NCBI GenBank assembly: GCA_034530615.2
Contig: JAVRCV020000041.1
Coordinates: forward strand, 64,001 to 128,000
Direction of reading: 5' to 3'
Source of the DNA: Aulosira sp. ZfuVER01
GTDB taxonomy: Bacteria; Cyanobacteriota; Cyanobacteriia; Cyanobacteriales; Nostocaceae
DNA: 64,000 nt
In this document: piece by piece, positions 22,880 through 32,752 of the stretch
Position numbering within the stretch: the first letter of the stretch is position 1
Layout of the letters: each line of letters opens with the position of its first letter
Notes under the pieces: generated by a model
What the model was told of the DNA's origin: nothing
Database searches by the model: none
Seen by the model: the letters and a program-made list of their open reading frames with translations, nothing else
Made by a program: the position numbers and the translations under genes

Positions 22880-22911
22880 AATTCATTCCCAAATACTATG
22901 GGAATGAATTT
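22880..22911 (+). terminator. Intrinsic terminator after aroA
   Basis: aattcattccca ... tgggaatgaatt followed by a T run. Confidence 0.7.
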
Positions 22912-23286
22912 TTATATAGACTAGTGATTAGAACTGCAAACTCTCAACCCTAATTTGTTTTTATAATAAGTTTTATTTAGTTGTTTTTGCGTGACTATAG
23001 ACATTTTCTATAGCATGAATGAAAAAATAAAAAATTGCTTCTAAAGCTATTGGTAGGATTATCAATAACTCTGCTGAAGTATTTAACAAATAGTAATAAT
23101 CATTTACTTAATGTTGTAATAAGTGTGAATTAAATAATTCTGCAATTATTACAACCTATTTACTTGAGATTCCATATTATTTTTTCAACATTTGCCTGTA
23201 TGATATTGGCTAAAATCAATCTGAAATCCAAAGCAAGTTAAACTACTTGCGTAGATTCAAGATTTTGCGTTGGGGAAAATACAATT

Positions 23287-23634
23287 ATGGGCTGGTTACA
23301 AAGACTTTTTGGCATGGAAAAACCAGAAGATGCTCAAGTTAACCCTGAGCCAAGTTTCGTTGCTGAAGACTCTGGTGAAGAATCCATTGCTCCTGAAAGA
23401 CAGGGACTGAATGGAGAATATGACCAAAGTGGTTTAGCAAAAAGAGTTGCCCTTGCTTTTGATGAAGATTCTCAGTTCGATGATATTGATAGCCTTTATG
23501 TGGCTCAGACAGGAGGTACAGTAGTTTTAAAAGGATCGGTACCTTCTCAAGATATTTTAGATCAAATGGTCGAGATTGCTAGGGGAGTTAGTGGTGCTAC
23601 TGATGTTCAAACCGACCAAGTTACAGTTGGCTAG
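23287..23634 (+). CDS. BON domain protein
   Basis: GEYDQSGLAKRV...GTVVLKGSVPS...ARGVSGA. Confidence 0.85.
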   Translation: MGWLQRLFGMEKPEDAQVNPEPSFVAEDSGEESIAPERQGLNGEYDQSGLAKRVALAFDEDSQFDDIDSLYVAQTGGTVVLKGSVPSQDILDQMVEIARGVSGATDVQTDQVTVG

Positions 23635-23800
23635 AACAGTTTTTTAATTAATGGCTGATTAATTTCCATAAGCTAACCAATTGTCAATAGAATTGATTTT
23701 TGGTTTTTCAGAGCAAATTAATTTAGGCAGCACTATTGTTTAAGTGGTGTCTAAATCATTGATCAATATCACCTTGATTTTTCTTAGTAATAGACATTCC

Positions 23801-24187
23801 ATGAACACTCAAAATAAACTACGTCGATTTAGTATTGGGCTGACATTATTAACTATTGTAATGTTAGCTAGCTGTGGTAATAAACCTGAAGAATCGGCTA
23901 CTACTAACACCGAAAAACCAACTGCTGTTTCTCAAGTTAAGCCTACTGCTAACAGTGGAACTACTGCTGCGATTCCAGCAGACGCACAAAAGCTAGGGGT
24001 GAAACCTCAAGGTGAAACGGCTTGTCCTAGCAATGCACCTATCAAGGGTAAAATTACTAAAAAACGAGGCAATATCTACCATATTGCTAAGTCGCCTGAT
24101 TATGCAAAAGTGAAACCAGACATCTGCTTTAAAGATACAGCAACTGCGGAAAAAGCTGGTTTCCGTGCGCCTAAGTCAGGAGGCTAG
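23801..24187 (+). CDS. Small lipoprotein with C-terminal Cys/His-containing (Ada-like/sunset) domain
   Basis: Lipobox LASC; CP..PIKG...IYH...CF...AEKAGFRA. Confidence 0.75.
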   Translation: MNTQNKLRRFSIGLTLLTIVMLASCGNKPEESATTNTEKPTAVSQVKPTANSGTTAAIPADAQKLGVKPQGETACPSNAPIKGKITKKRGNIYHIAKSPDYAKVKPDICFKDTATAEKAGFRAPKSGG

Positions 24188-24269
24188 CTATCTTTTTTCG
24201 ATAATTGATAGTACCAATTTGCGATTTTAGATTTTTGATTTTAGAGGCGTTGTATTGCAACGTCTCTAA

Positions 24270-26876
24270 CTATTTATGCACGGATTTTTGTCTGCGCCAA
24301 ATCTTGAGTCCTTCAAACCACAAAATACTGAACACCCCAGAAACTAAACTAATTACCAAATCTTCAAAATGTAGAAAAGAAAACCTGAATAGATGCCGCA
24401 AAAGCGGAACATAAAGTACTAATCCCAAAAATACTACACCACCGCCAATCACCCACCAGAGTGCTGTATTCGGGGAACGTAACATTTCTGGAATTGTCCG
24501 CGACCAGGAACGATTGGTGAGAATCATGCTGAGGTTAGAAATAATCAGGGTAGTAAAAGCTAGGGCACGGGCGTCTAGTTCGCCATTACCTCGGTAAAAT
24601 GCGATCGCAAATACTGCCACCAACACCACCAATACACTCACCCCTTGCAACAGTGCTAATTTCCAGGTCTGAGGGCTAAATAATGGTTCTCTGGGGTTGC
24701 GCGGTGGACGGGTCATGATATTGCTTTCTTCTGGTTCCGCCTCAAACACCACTGTACAAGCTGGATCGATAATTAGGTGTAAAAAAGCAATATGAACTGG
24801 CAGCAATACCAAAGGCCAATGAAACATCACGGGAATTAGTGACATCCCCGCAATCGGGACGTGAACCGCCAAGGTATAAGCCATGCCTTTTTTGAGGTTG
24901 TCAAATATCCTCCGTCCCAATCTCACAGACTGGACAATTGAGGAGAAGTCATCATCTAGCAATACTAAATCCGCAGATTCACGGGCAACGTCTGTGCCGC
25001 GTTCGCCCATAGCAATCCCAATATCGGCTGATTTCAGGGCTGGGGCATCATTTACTCCATCTCCTGTCATCGCCACAATTTCGCCATTGCGTTTGAGGGC
25101 GTTAACAATCAGCAGTTTTTGCTCTGGTACTACCCGCGCAAAGATATTCACCGTTTGTATCCGCGAACGTAATTGTGCTTCATCCATCTGTTCCAGTTCT
25201 GCACCAGTGATGACTTCAGTAGTTGGTGTCAGTCCGATTTGACTGGCGATGTTTTGGGCAGTTGCCGGATAATCGCCTGTAATCATGACTACGCGAATTC
25301 CAGCAGCGTAACATTCAGCGATCGCCTTTTTGACTGTTGGACGCACAGGGTCGGCTAATCCCACCAATCCTACAAACTCAAATTCAAAATTATGCTGTCC
25401 ATCAGGTAAAGTGTTCTGCTGTAGGGCTGGATCGTGCAGCCTTGTAGCTTTAGCCACACCTAAAACCCGCAAGCCAGCCGCAGCCATTGTACTGATTTGC
25501 TGTTCTAGATCGTGTAATTGCTCAGTATTAAAGTGGCAGAGATCCGCGATCGCTTCTGGTGCGCCTTTAGCGGCGATTGTTAAGTTACCTGTGGAAGATT
25601 GCCAAACACAAGACATTGCCAACAACTGACCACAAAGGGGATACTCGCGCTGTAATTCCCAATCATCATGCAAATGTTCAGTCTTTGCTAAGTAATGCTC
25701 ACCCATTTGTCGCAGGGCTTTCTCCATCGGATCGAAGGGGTCTTTCCGACTCGCCAAAATGCCAAACTCGATTAACTGATGAAAGTCTTCTGGTAATGAT
25801 TCGCGTTCGTGTAGGGTGACATCATAAAAACAGGCTGCTGAATTTTGATACACAAACATTTGTTGAACCGACATCCGGTTAAATGTGAGTGTGCCAGTTT
25901 TATCTACACAGAGGACTGTTGCAGAACCCAATGTCTCAACTACCGGAATGCGCCGAGTTAAAACTCTTTGTAAGGAAAATCGCCATGCACCCAATGCTAA
26001 AAAAATTGCTAATACTACAGGAATCTCATTAGGCAAAATCGCCATCGCCAGTGCCAATCCGGCGAGAAAACCTTGTAACCAATCACCTCTAGTCGCCCCG
26101 TAAATTACTACAACTGCAACGCAGATGGCGATCGCGACAAATGTAAGTTTGCTAACAATGCGCCTAGTCTCTTTTTCCAGAACAGTATCTTCCGGTTGCA
26201 CTGTTTGCAAGGCTTTACCAATCTTGCCCATTTCGGTGTGGATACCCGTTGCTTGTACTTTGGCAATACCTTGACCTTGTACCACCAAGGTTCCAGAGTA
26301 AACAAAAGGTAGATCGTCACCACCAGGACGTTGGGGTATAACATCTTGAGTATTACTCACAGCTACTTTTCTAACTGGTAAAGACTCCCCTGTGAGTAAA
26401 GACTCATCAACTGTGATATTTGTAGACCACAACAAAATAGCATCAGCAGGCACGCGATCACCTTCTGAAAGTACCAGCAAATCCTCCCGTACCACTTCTC
26501 GCCCCGGAATCCGTTGACGTTCCCCATCGCGGATGACTAAAGCACGGGGACTGGAAAGGTCGCGTAATGCTTCTAGAGAGTGTTCGGTTTTTTGTTCTTG
26601 ATATAAGTTAATACCGATGATGAAGAACACAAAACCCAGCAATATCAAGGCTTCTTGAACATCACCGAGGAATAAGTAAATTACACCACAGCCAACCAGC
26701 AACAAAAAGATTGGCTCTTGGACAATTTCCCACGCGATCGCCCAGATAGTGCGATGGACAGTTGAAGGTAGTTCATTATACCCCTCTTGCTTTAGGCGAT
26801 CGGCTACTTCCGATGCAGATAGCCCTGTCAGAGTCTTGAGATCGGGTTGATAAACCATAACTGTAAATTGATACAA
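24270..26876 (-). CDS. Cation-transporting P-type ATPase (type II)
   Basis: LTGES, DKTGTLT, KGAPE, MITGD, TGDGVNDAPAL. Confidence 0.95.
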   Translation of the reverse strand: MYQFTVMVYQPDLKTLTGLSASEVADRLKQEGYNELPSTVHRTIWAIAWEIVQEPIFLLLVGCGVIYLFLGDVQEALILLGFVFFIIGINLYQEQKTEHSLEALRDLSSPRALVIRDGERQRIPGREVVREDLLVLSEGDRVPADAILLWSTNITVDESLLTGESLPVRKVAVSNTQDVIPQRPGGDDLPFVYSGTLVVQGQGIAKVQATGIHTEMGKIGKALQTVQPEDTVLEKETRRIVSKLTFVAIAICVAVVVIYGATRGDWLQGFLAGLALAMAILPNEIPVVLAIFLALGAWRFSLQRVLTRRIPVVETLGSATVLCVDKTGTLTFNRMSVQQMFVYQNSAACFYDVTLHERESLPEDFHQLIEFGILASRKDPFDPMEKALRQMGEHYLAKTEHLHDDWELQREYPLCGQLLAMSCVWQSSTGNLTIAAKGAPEAIADLCHFNTEQLHDLEQQISTMAAAGLRVLGVAKATRLHDPALQQNTLPDGQHNFEFEFVGLVGLADPVRPTVKKAIAECYAAGIRVVMITGDYPATAQNIASQIGLTPTTEVITGAELEQMDEAQLRSRIQTVNIFARVVPEQKLLIVNALKRNGEIVAMTGDGVNDAPALKSADIGIAMGERGTDVARESADLVLLDDDFSSIVQSVRLGRRIFDNLKKGMAYTLAVHVPIAGMSLIPVMFHWPLVLLPVHIAFLHLIIDPACTVVFEAEPEESNIMTRPPRNPREPLFSPQTWKLALLQGVSVLVVLVAVFAIAFYRGNGELDARALAFTTLIISNLSMILTNRSWSRTIPEMLRSPNTALWWVIGGGVVFLGLVLYVPLLRHLFRFSFLHFEDLVISLVSGVFSILWFEGLKIWRRQKSVHK

Positions 26877-27216
26877 ATGAGAATCTCAAAGCCTTCAAGA
26901 CTGAAAAATCAAAATCAAAAGATTAATATCTGCAAGCTTTACCTAATGAATGAGCTAGTTCTGGCTTGAGGTTAAACAAGAAAATTGAGGATCTTGTGAG
27001 GGAAGTCACAGTTGTGGTTGCAATCAATTTCCGAGTTTTCTTAATTTCTGAAATCTCTGAGAAAAGTCGTAGGCTAATTGTTAAATCTAAACGTTAATCT
27101 ATGGGTTATATTAAAAAATATTGGTAAAATACGACACTTACAAGAGCGCTGTCATAGGAACAAAAGTTGCCTCTACAGGCTCTAATGATTTTACCTCTAG
27201 ATATAAAAATTTACTT

Positions 27217-30200
27217 ATGCAACTACGTTTAATTACTTTAACTATCCTGCTGACATTAGCTTCTCCATCCTTAGCCTTGACCACTTCAACACAAGTTATC
27301 GCCCAAGCACCAACACCAACTGCTGAAGAAAAAATTACCGAGGCAATAACCTTAAATAATAACGGTGAAGGACTGGTATACAAAGATTTAGTCGGTTTAG
27401 GTGACTTGCAAGCAGGGTTAGAAATGTTTCAGCAGGCGTTGGCTATTTTCAAAAAATACAACGCTACAGCAGGGGAAGCGAACAGCCTTACCAACATTGG
27501 TTATGTTTATTTGCGTAAAGGAGAATACACCAAAGCGTTAGACTTTTTGCAACAGTCTTTAACTATTCGTAAACAAACACGAGATCGCCAAAATGAATGG
27601 ATACCTCTGTCCTATATAGCAGAAACTTACACAAATTTAGGTCAATATCCCAAGGCGCTAGAAGCTTATCAATCAACCTTAAATATTCTTAAAGAACTGC
27701 AAGCTGCTAACCCGAAAGATTCTAGTTATTCTACTAGTCAAAAAAGTCTGCTTGCTGATACTGGGGCATTGTACTTTAGGATGGGTCAATATCAAAAAGC
27801 ATTGGAGCTTTATCAACAAAGTTTAGCAATTTACAAAGCCAACAGTGATAAAGTTGGTATTGCTGAGACTCTGAATAATATTGGCGTTGTTTATATTAAC
27901 TTAGGAAACTATACTCAAGCACTAGAGTCGTATCAACAAGCTTTAAACCCTATCCAAGACTTCTGCTATAAGGAAAAATCAACTTGCTTTTATGGTACAG
28001 AAGCAGCTATTTTAAATAACCTTGCAGGTGCTTACTTTAGCTTAGGGCAATATCAAAAATCTTTAGAACTTGCCGAGAAATCTTCAACTATTTATAAAAA
28101 GTTTCGTACTGGTGAGTACAAGGGGACAAATAAACAGGATATAAAGTTACTCTACGATGCACTAGGACAAAATCCCCAGGCTTTACAACAAGTTAGCAGT
28201 CGTGCCAATGTTGGTGATGCTTTTGGTAAAGATTCTTTTCAATTTCAAGGTGAAGCACTAAACCTTAACAACATTGGACAAATTTATTTTAGCCAAGGTA
28301 AATATGAACAAGCGCTAAAGCTATATCAACAAGCTTTAGGTATCTACCAAGAAAATAAATATTCCCAAGGTATTGCTGTAACCCTTAATAATATTGGTCG
28401 TGTTTACACCAATACAGGCAAGTATGACCAAGCAATAGAATCAAATCAGCAAGCTTTGACTCATTATAAAGCAGTAGGCGATCGCACTGGTGAAGGTGTA
28501 ACCCTGAGCAATCTTGGACAGATTTACCAAAAACAAAATCAGTTGGAAAAAGCTTTAGGATTATATCAGCAAGCTTTAGCAATACATCGGGAAGTTAGCG
28601 ACAAAGTTAGCGAAGCTGCAACCCTGAAATATTTAGGAGATGTGTTAGCTAGCCAAAATCAACCACAACTTGCGATCGCATTCTACAAACAATCAGTCAA
28701 TCTCACAGAAACCATCCGCCAAAATTTGCGAGTTGTCCCTACCGATATTCAACAATCCTACACCGAAACCGTTGCTGAAAGATATCGCCGTTTAGCTGAT
28801 TTATTACTCAAGCAAAATCGTTCCGCCGAAGCGCAACAAGTTCTAGATTTATTGAAAATACAGGAAGTACAAGATTTTATTGGTAATAGTCGTGGAAGTA
28901 GTCAAAAAGTTGCTAACACTCCCACAAAAGTAGTAAATCCTCAAAGAGGAATAGCTAATAACGATTCTCAACCACAACAAAACTTACCCTTAAAACCACA
29001 AGAACAAGAAATATCGCAAAAATATAGCGCTATTCAAGATAAAGTAATTGTTTTAGGCAAAGAACTTACAAGTCTGCGGAAAATTAATCCTCAAGAACGC
29101 ACATCTGCTCAAGACAAGCGTATTGCAGAACTCGTCAAACTTGAGCAAGATACTACTGCTGAATTTAACAAATTTATCAAAAGTCCTTCTATAGTAGCGC
29201 TGGTTCAGCAATTATCTGCAACTTCAGGGCAAGAGAATCTCAGTTTACGCCAACTAAATTCTCTGCGGGATAATTTACGACAGTTAAATCAAAAAGCAGT
29301 ACTACTTTATCCCTTGGTTTTAGACGATAGATTAGAGTTAGTCATCGTCACAGCAGATGCACCACCTATACATCGCACAGTAGCAGTTACAAAAGCAGAG
29401 TTAAATAAGACAATTCTTGAGTATCGGCAAACAATACAAGTGCCTTATAAAAATATTAAAGATCCAGCCTTCAAGTTATATAGTTGGCTAATTAAGCCTA
29501 TCGAAAATGAGCTAAAACAAGCCGATGCCAAATCTATTATTTATGCCCCAGATGGACAATTAAGATATGTTCCCTTAGCAGGATTATACGATGGAAAAGA
29601 GTGGCTAGTACAAAGGTTTGTGGTGAATAACATTACATCTGCCAGCCTCACCAAATTCGACAACAAACCAGAAAAAGATATTAAAGTTTTAGCAGCGGCT
29701 TTTACAAAAGGCGATTATACAATCAAACTTGCCAATCGGTCAGAAGTTTTTAGTGGGTTGCAGTTTGCTAAACAGGAAGTAGAAACCTTAGCTAAGACAA
29801 TTCCAGGCACTAAGATAGTATTCGATAATCTGTTTAGCCCTTCAGCTACAGTTCCGCAAATGAATGATTACAAAATTGTTCACTTAGCGACTCATGGACT
29901 GCTAGTAAAAGGTAATCCCGAAGATTCCTTTATTTTGTTTGGTGATGGCGAACGTGTAACTCTAAGAGATATAGAGAATTGGTCATTACCAAATGTAGAT
30001 TTAGTAGTTCTGAGTGCTTGCCAAACAGGATTAGGCGATACATTAGGCAATGGTCAAGAAATTCTAGGTTTAGGATACCAGATTCAACTTACCGGAGCTA
30101 AGGCATCTATCGCTTCATTATGGTCTGTATCTGACGGGGGAACACAGGCTTTAATGAATGTATTTTATAAAGTATTGCGATCGGGGAATCTGACAAAAGC

Positions 30201-30381
30201 TGAAGCCTTACAAAAAGCTCAAATTGCCTTAATTTCAGGTAATTATTTGGGATCTGCTAAACCCTCACAAGTAGCAAGCGGACAAAATAAGGGTAATAGT
30301 GTTTTAAGTGCTAGCTCTGAAAATCAATTTAGTCATCCATTTTATTGGGCGCCATTTATTTTGATTGGTAATGGACTGTAA
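27217..30381 (+). CDS. Exported TPR-repeat + CHAT peptidase domain protein
   Basis: Signal-like N-terminus MQLRLITLTILL, many TPRs, HLATHG and LSACQTG dyad, HPFYWAPFILIGN. Confidence 0.9.
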   Translation: MQLRLITLTILLTLASPSLALTTSTQVIAQAPTPTAEEKITEAITLNNNGEGLVYKDLVGLGDLQAGLEMFQQALAIFKKYNATAGEANSLTNIGYVYLRKGEYTKALDFLQQSLTIRKQTRDRQNEWIPLSYIAETYTNLGQYPKALEAYQSTLNILKELQAANPKDSSYSTSQKSLLADTGALYFRMGQYQKALELYQQSLAIYKANSDKVGIAETLNNIGVVYINLGNYTQALESYQQALNPIQDFCYKEKSTCFYGTEAAILNNLAGAYFSLGQYQKSLELAEKSSTIYKKFRTGEYKGTNKQDIKLLYDALGQNPQALQQVSSRANVGDAFGKDSFQFQGEALNLNNIGQIYFSQGKYEQALKLYQQALGIYQENKYSQGIAVTLNNIGRVYTNTGKYDQAIESNQQALTHYKAVGDRTGEGVTLSNLGQIYQKQNQLEKALGLYQQALAIHREVSDKVSEAATLKYLGDVLASQNQPQLAIAFYKQSVNLTETIRQNLRVVPTDIQQSYTETVAERYRRLADLLLKQNRSAEAQQVLDLLKIQEVQDFIGNSRGSSQKVANTPTKVVNPQRGIANNDSQPQQNLPLKPQEQEISQKYSAIQDKVIVLGKELTSLRKINPQERTSAQDKRIAELVKLEQDTTAEFNKFIKSPSIVALVQQLSATSGQENLSLRQLNSLRDNLRQLNQKAVLLYPLVLDDRLELVIVTADAPPIHRTVAVTKAELNKTILEYRQTIQVPYKNIKDPAFKLYSWLIKPIENELKQADAKSIIYAPDGQLRYVPLAGLYDGKEWLVQRFVVNNITSASLTKFDNKPEKDIKVLAAAFTKGDYTIKLANRSEVFSGLQFAKQEVETLAKTIPGTKIVFDNLFSPSATVPQMNDYKIVHLATHGLLVKGNPEDSFILFGDGERVTLRDIENWSLPNVDLVVLSACQTGLGDTLGNGQEILGLGYQIQLTGAKASIASLWSVSDGGTQALMNVFYKVLRSGNLTKAEALQKAQIALISGNYLGSAKPSQVASGQNKGNSVLSASSENQFSHPFYWAPFILIGNGL

Positions 30382-30659
30382 TATCAGTTAACAGTAGGGT
30401 GGGTAATTCCCACCTGCATTAGAGAATCAGATGTATCCTGAAACACAATTGCAGAATAAATTCACAATTCTATGTGCAAACTTGTATACATATTTTACGA
30501 AAACTATCCTTGATAATTATGAACAAACGTATCAAATAGCAGTTAGCAACTACCTTACAAAAGGAGCAGATCAAAATTTTTTCTGGTGTTTTTTAAGCGC
30601 TGCTTTTTTTTGATGCTAGGATCTACGACTATAAATATTCAAACAAAAGTGCTATAGCT

Positions 30660-31001
30660 GTGAAACAAAAGCCAAAACCAAGGATCGCTTTGCTTCGTGA
30701 AAAGGCAGGGCTAACCCAGCTTGAGTTGTCACGTCTTGTTGGCGTGACTGAAAGCACTATCCAGAACTGGGAAAGTGGTAGAACTGGGACGGATCATATT
30801 GAAAGAATCATTAGGTTTTGTAAAGCTCTCAATTGCCAAGTAGAAGACCTAATTGAGTATATGAGTGAGTCACCAGAAAAACCAGAAGCGCAACCAAGTT
30901 CATTAAGTGAAATCCATCATTTATTGGGAACTGAGGAACCTGTCACTGCTACCAGTACTGATGCTGAAGTTGCTTCCACACACCATGCCAAAACTAGCTG
31001 A
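30660..31001 (+). CDS. XRE-family helix-turn-helix regulator
   Basis: LREKAGLTQLELSRLVGVTESTIQNWESG. Confidence 0.9.
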   Translation: MKQKPKPRIALLREKAGLTQLELSRLVGVTESTIQNWESGRTGTDHIERIIRFCKALNCQVEDLIEYMSESPEKPEAQPSSLSEIHHLLGTEEPVTATSTDAEVASTHHAKTS

Positions 31002-31123
31002 AATATATCTTCAGCTAACTTTGCTGTAGCAAGAAACTTCAAGCTGAGTTAGTTATTACATTGGGCAATTTGCTCTACCTCACTCTTTCGCTTTGTCATG
31101 AAGGTGTGAGGTTTCTATAATGT

Positions 31124-31822
31124 TTAGCTAATCATTAGGGCTGACTGCCACAGAGTATCAATGCTGACAAATTGATAGCCTTGTTGTAGCAATTGCGGGA
31201 TTAAAATCTCTATTGTTGCCGCAACATCTTGACCGCCATAAGCACCATCATGTAAAACAATAATTGAACCTTTTTGTACCTGCCTGAGAACACGTTGCAC
31301 TACAGTGGTGACTCCTGGTCTAGCCCAGTCTACAGGCACAACACTCCACATCACTGGACGATAATTCCACTGAAGAAATAGTTTTAAAGTTTGGGGTGTA
31401 AATAAACCGTTGGGTGGTCTAACATCTCTGACTTGTTCGGGCAGGAGATTGCAAGCATGATAAATTGCAGTTTGGGTTTTTTCCAAACTTTCTCGAAGTT
31501 GTACCGGGGACAGCATGGGAAAAGAACGATGGTCGTAACCATGCAATCCAATCCAGTGTCCGCGATCGCATACCGATTTAGCTATCGCTGGTGAATGATT
31601 GACACAAGCACCTAACCAAAAAAAACTAGCTTGAATTTGATAACGGTCTAAAACTGCCAATACCTCCGGAGTGTACTGGGGATGGGGACCATCATCAAAC
31701 GTGAGTGCGATCGCTCTGGAATTGCGATCGCCACTCCAAAGACAGTTAGGGAAACTTGGTTGGAGAAGACGATAGAGAATTGGCAAAAGGGGAGCAAGTT
31801 GCATACACCTGTGTCGAAACAA
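31124..31822 (-). CDS. Polysaccharide deacetylase (NodB/CE4)
   Basis: ALTFDDGP, HGYDH, RPPNG, DW, IVLHD; likely start MQLAP. Confidence 0.9.
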   Translation of the reverse strand: MFRHRCMQLAPLLPILYRLLQPSFPNCLWSGDRNSRAIALTFDDGPHPQYTPEVLAVLDRYQIQASFFWLGACVNHSPAIAKSVCDRGHWIGLHGYDHRSFPMLSPVQLRESLEKTQTAIYHACNLLPEQVRDVRPPNGLFTPQTLKLFLQWNYRPVMWSVVPVDWARPGVTTVVQRVLRQVQKGSIIVLHDGAYGGQDVAATIEILIPQLLQQGYQFVSIDTLWQSALMIS

Positions 31823-32405
31823 CCCTAGTACAGCATGGCAGAGGTCAGCCTACCATCCAAAACAACCCAAAAGTTTGAAATCAAAGTCTTTTTAACTTTG
31901 ACTACTGCACAGCAGCACTAGCTTCATACCATGCATACAGAAATAACATCTGAGATTGCAGGTTGCAAAGTGCGGAGTACTCGCCACTTGGTCAGGAGGT
32001 GTATTAATTTAAAATGAATTTCTCTATCAATTGGGTCACGGTTTTTAAGTTGTAGATGGGCTTGCTAAATAATTTGGACTGTATCAGAATTAAAAGCCCT
32101 CGATCTGAACCGATGATCTCAATAGGTATTGGAAACAAAAGGAACTAGAAGCAGTAAACGTAGCTTTTTAAGAAACGGTGATGCGATCAATACAAGCACT
32201 CAGGTTTTTTCACAATCGGAACATCAGGGTGGGATTTGGCTATGAATACACAACTTACGGATGGAATACTGAGCAAATGCTGATGTATTAAGTGTGTTGA
32301 TTGCGATCGCTCTACTAAAAAGTTTGTGTAAAGGATGTTAAGCAAGACACTTCATAAGTATGTAATTTAACTCCCCTGCGACAATAAAAATTGCGGCTAA
32401 AGTTG

Positions 32406-32642
32406 TTAAACAGCAGGACGAACATTTCCGTAATATTCCATTAACTCTCTGCGCCCACTACCGCGATGCGGTGTAGGTTTTTCGGGTTGATTGGGCTTTG
32501 GCTTAGGCCTGGTCGAGAGTAGCTGTTCTGAAGCCGAGGAGGCCAGCAACAGATGAGATACGCGATTGACCATTGCTTGATAGTCAAAAACTAAGGTAGC
32601 CATTACCAGGCTTGAGGCTAAAAGTGAAATGACAGCACGCAT
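32406..32642 (-). CDS. patX: PatX, RGSGR-containing inhibitor of heterocyst differentiation
   Basis: Hydrophobic N-terminus, Pro-rich linker, PHRGSGRR; downstream of an FAD oxidoreductase and near sepJ/hetR. Confidence 0.92.
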   Translation of the reverse strand: MRAVISLLASSLVMATLVFDYQAMVNRVSHLLLASSASEQLLSTRPKPKPNQPEKPTPHRGSGRRELMEYYGNVRPAV

Positions 32643-32673
32643 AGCAAATGTTTATTTTAGAACTCACATATTC

Positions 32674-32733
32674 ACTGCTACTGAGTTTTTATTAGTGCAT
32701 CCGGACAATTCCCTAAAAAGTATTGTTTTTTAC
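32674..32733 (-). promoter_or_regulatory. patX promoter: NtcA box + DIF1 motif
   Basis: GTA-N8-TAC at 32720-32733; TCCGGA at 32700-32705, followed on the minus strand by N18-GTAGCAGT. Confidence 0.75.
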
Positions 32734-32752
32734 TGAATAAAAATCAACTGTA

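Noticed and set aside
27217..30381. TPR-CHAT protein as a Craspase-type defence effector
   Set aside because: Has an export-like N-terminus and no CRISPR or defence neighbours; such proteins are common in filamentous cyanobacteria
31826..31922. Possible MITE (ctagtacagc...gcagcactag)
   Set aside because: Ends too degenerate and only one copy in the window
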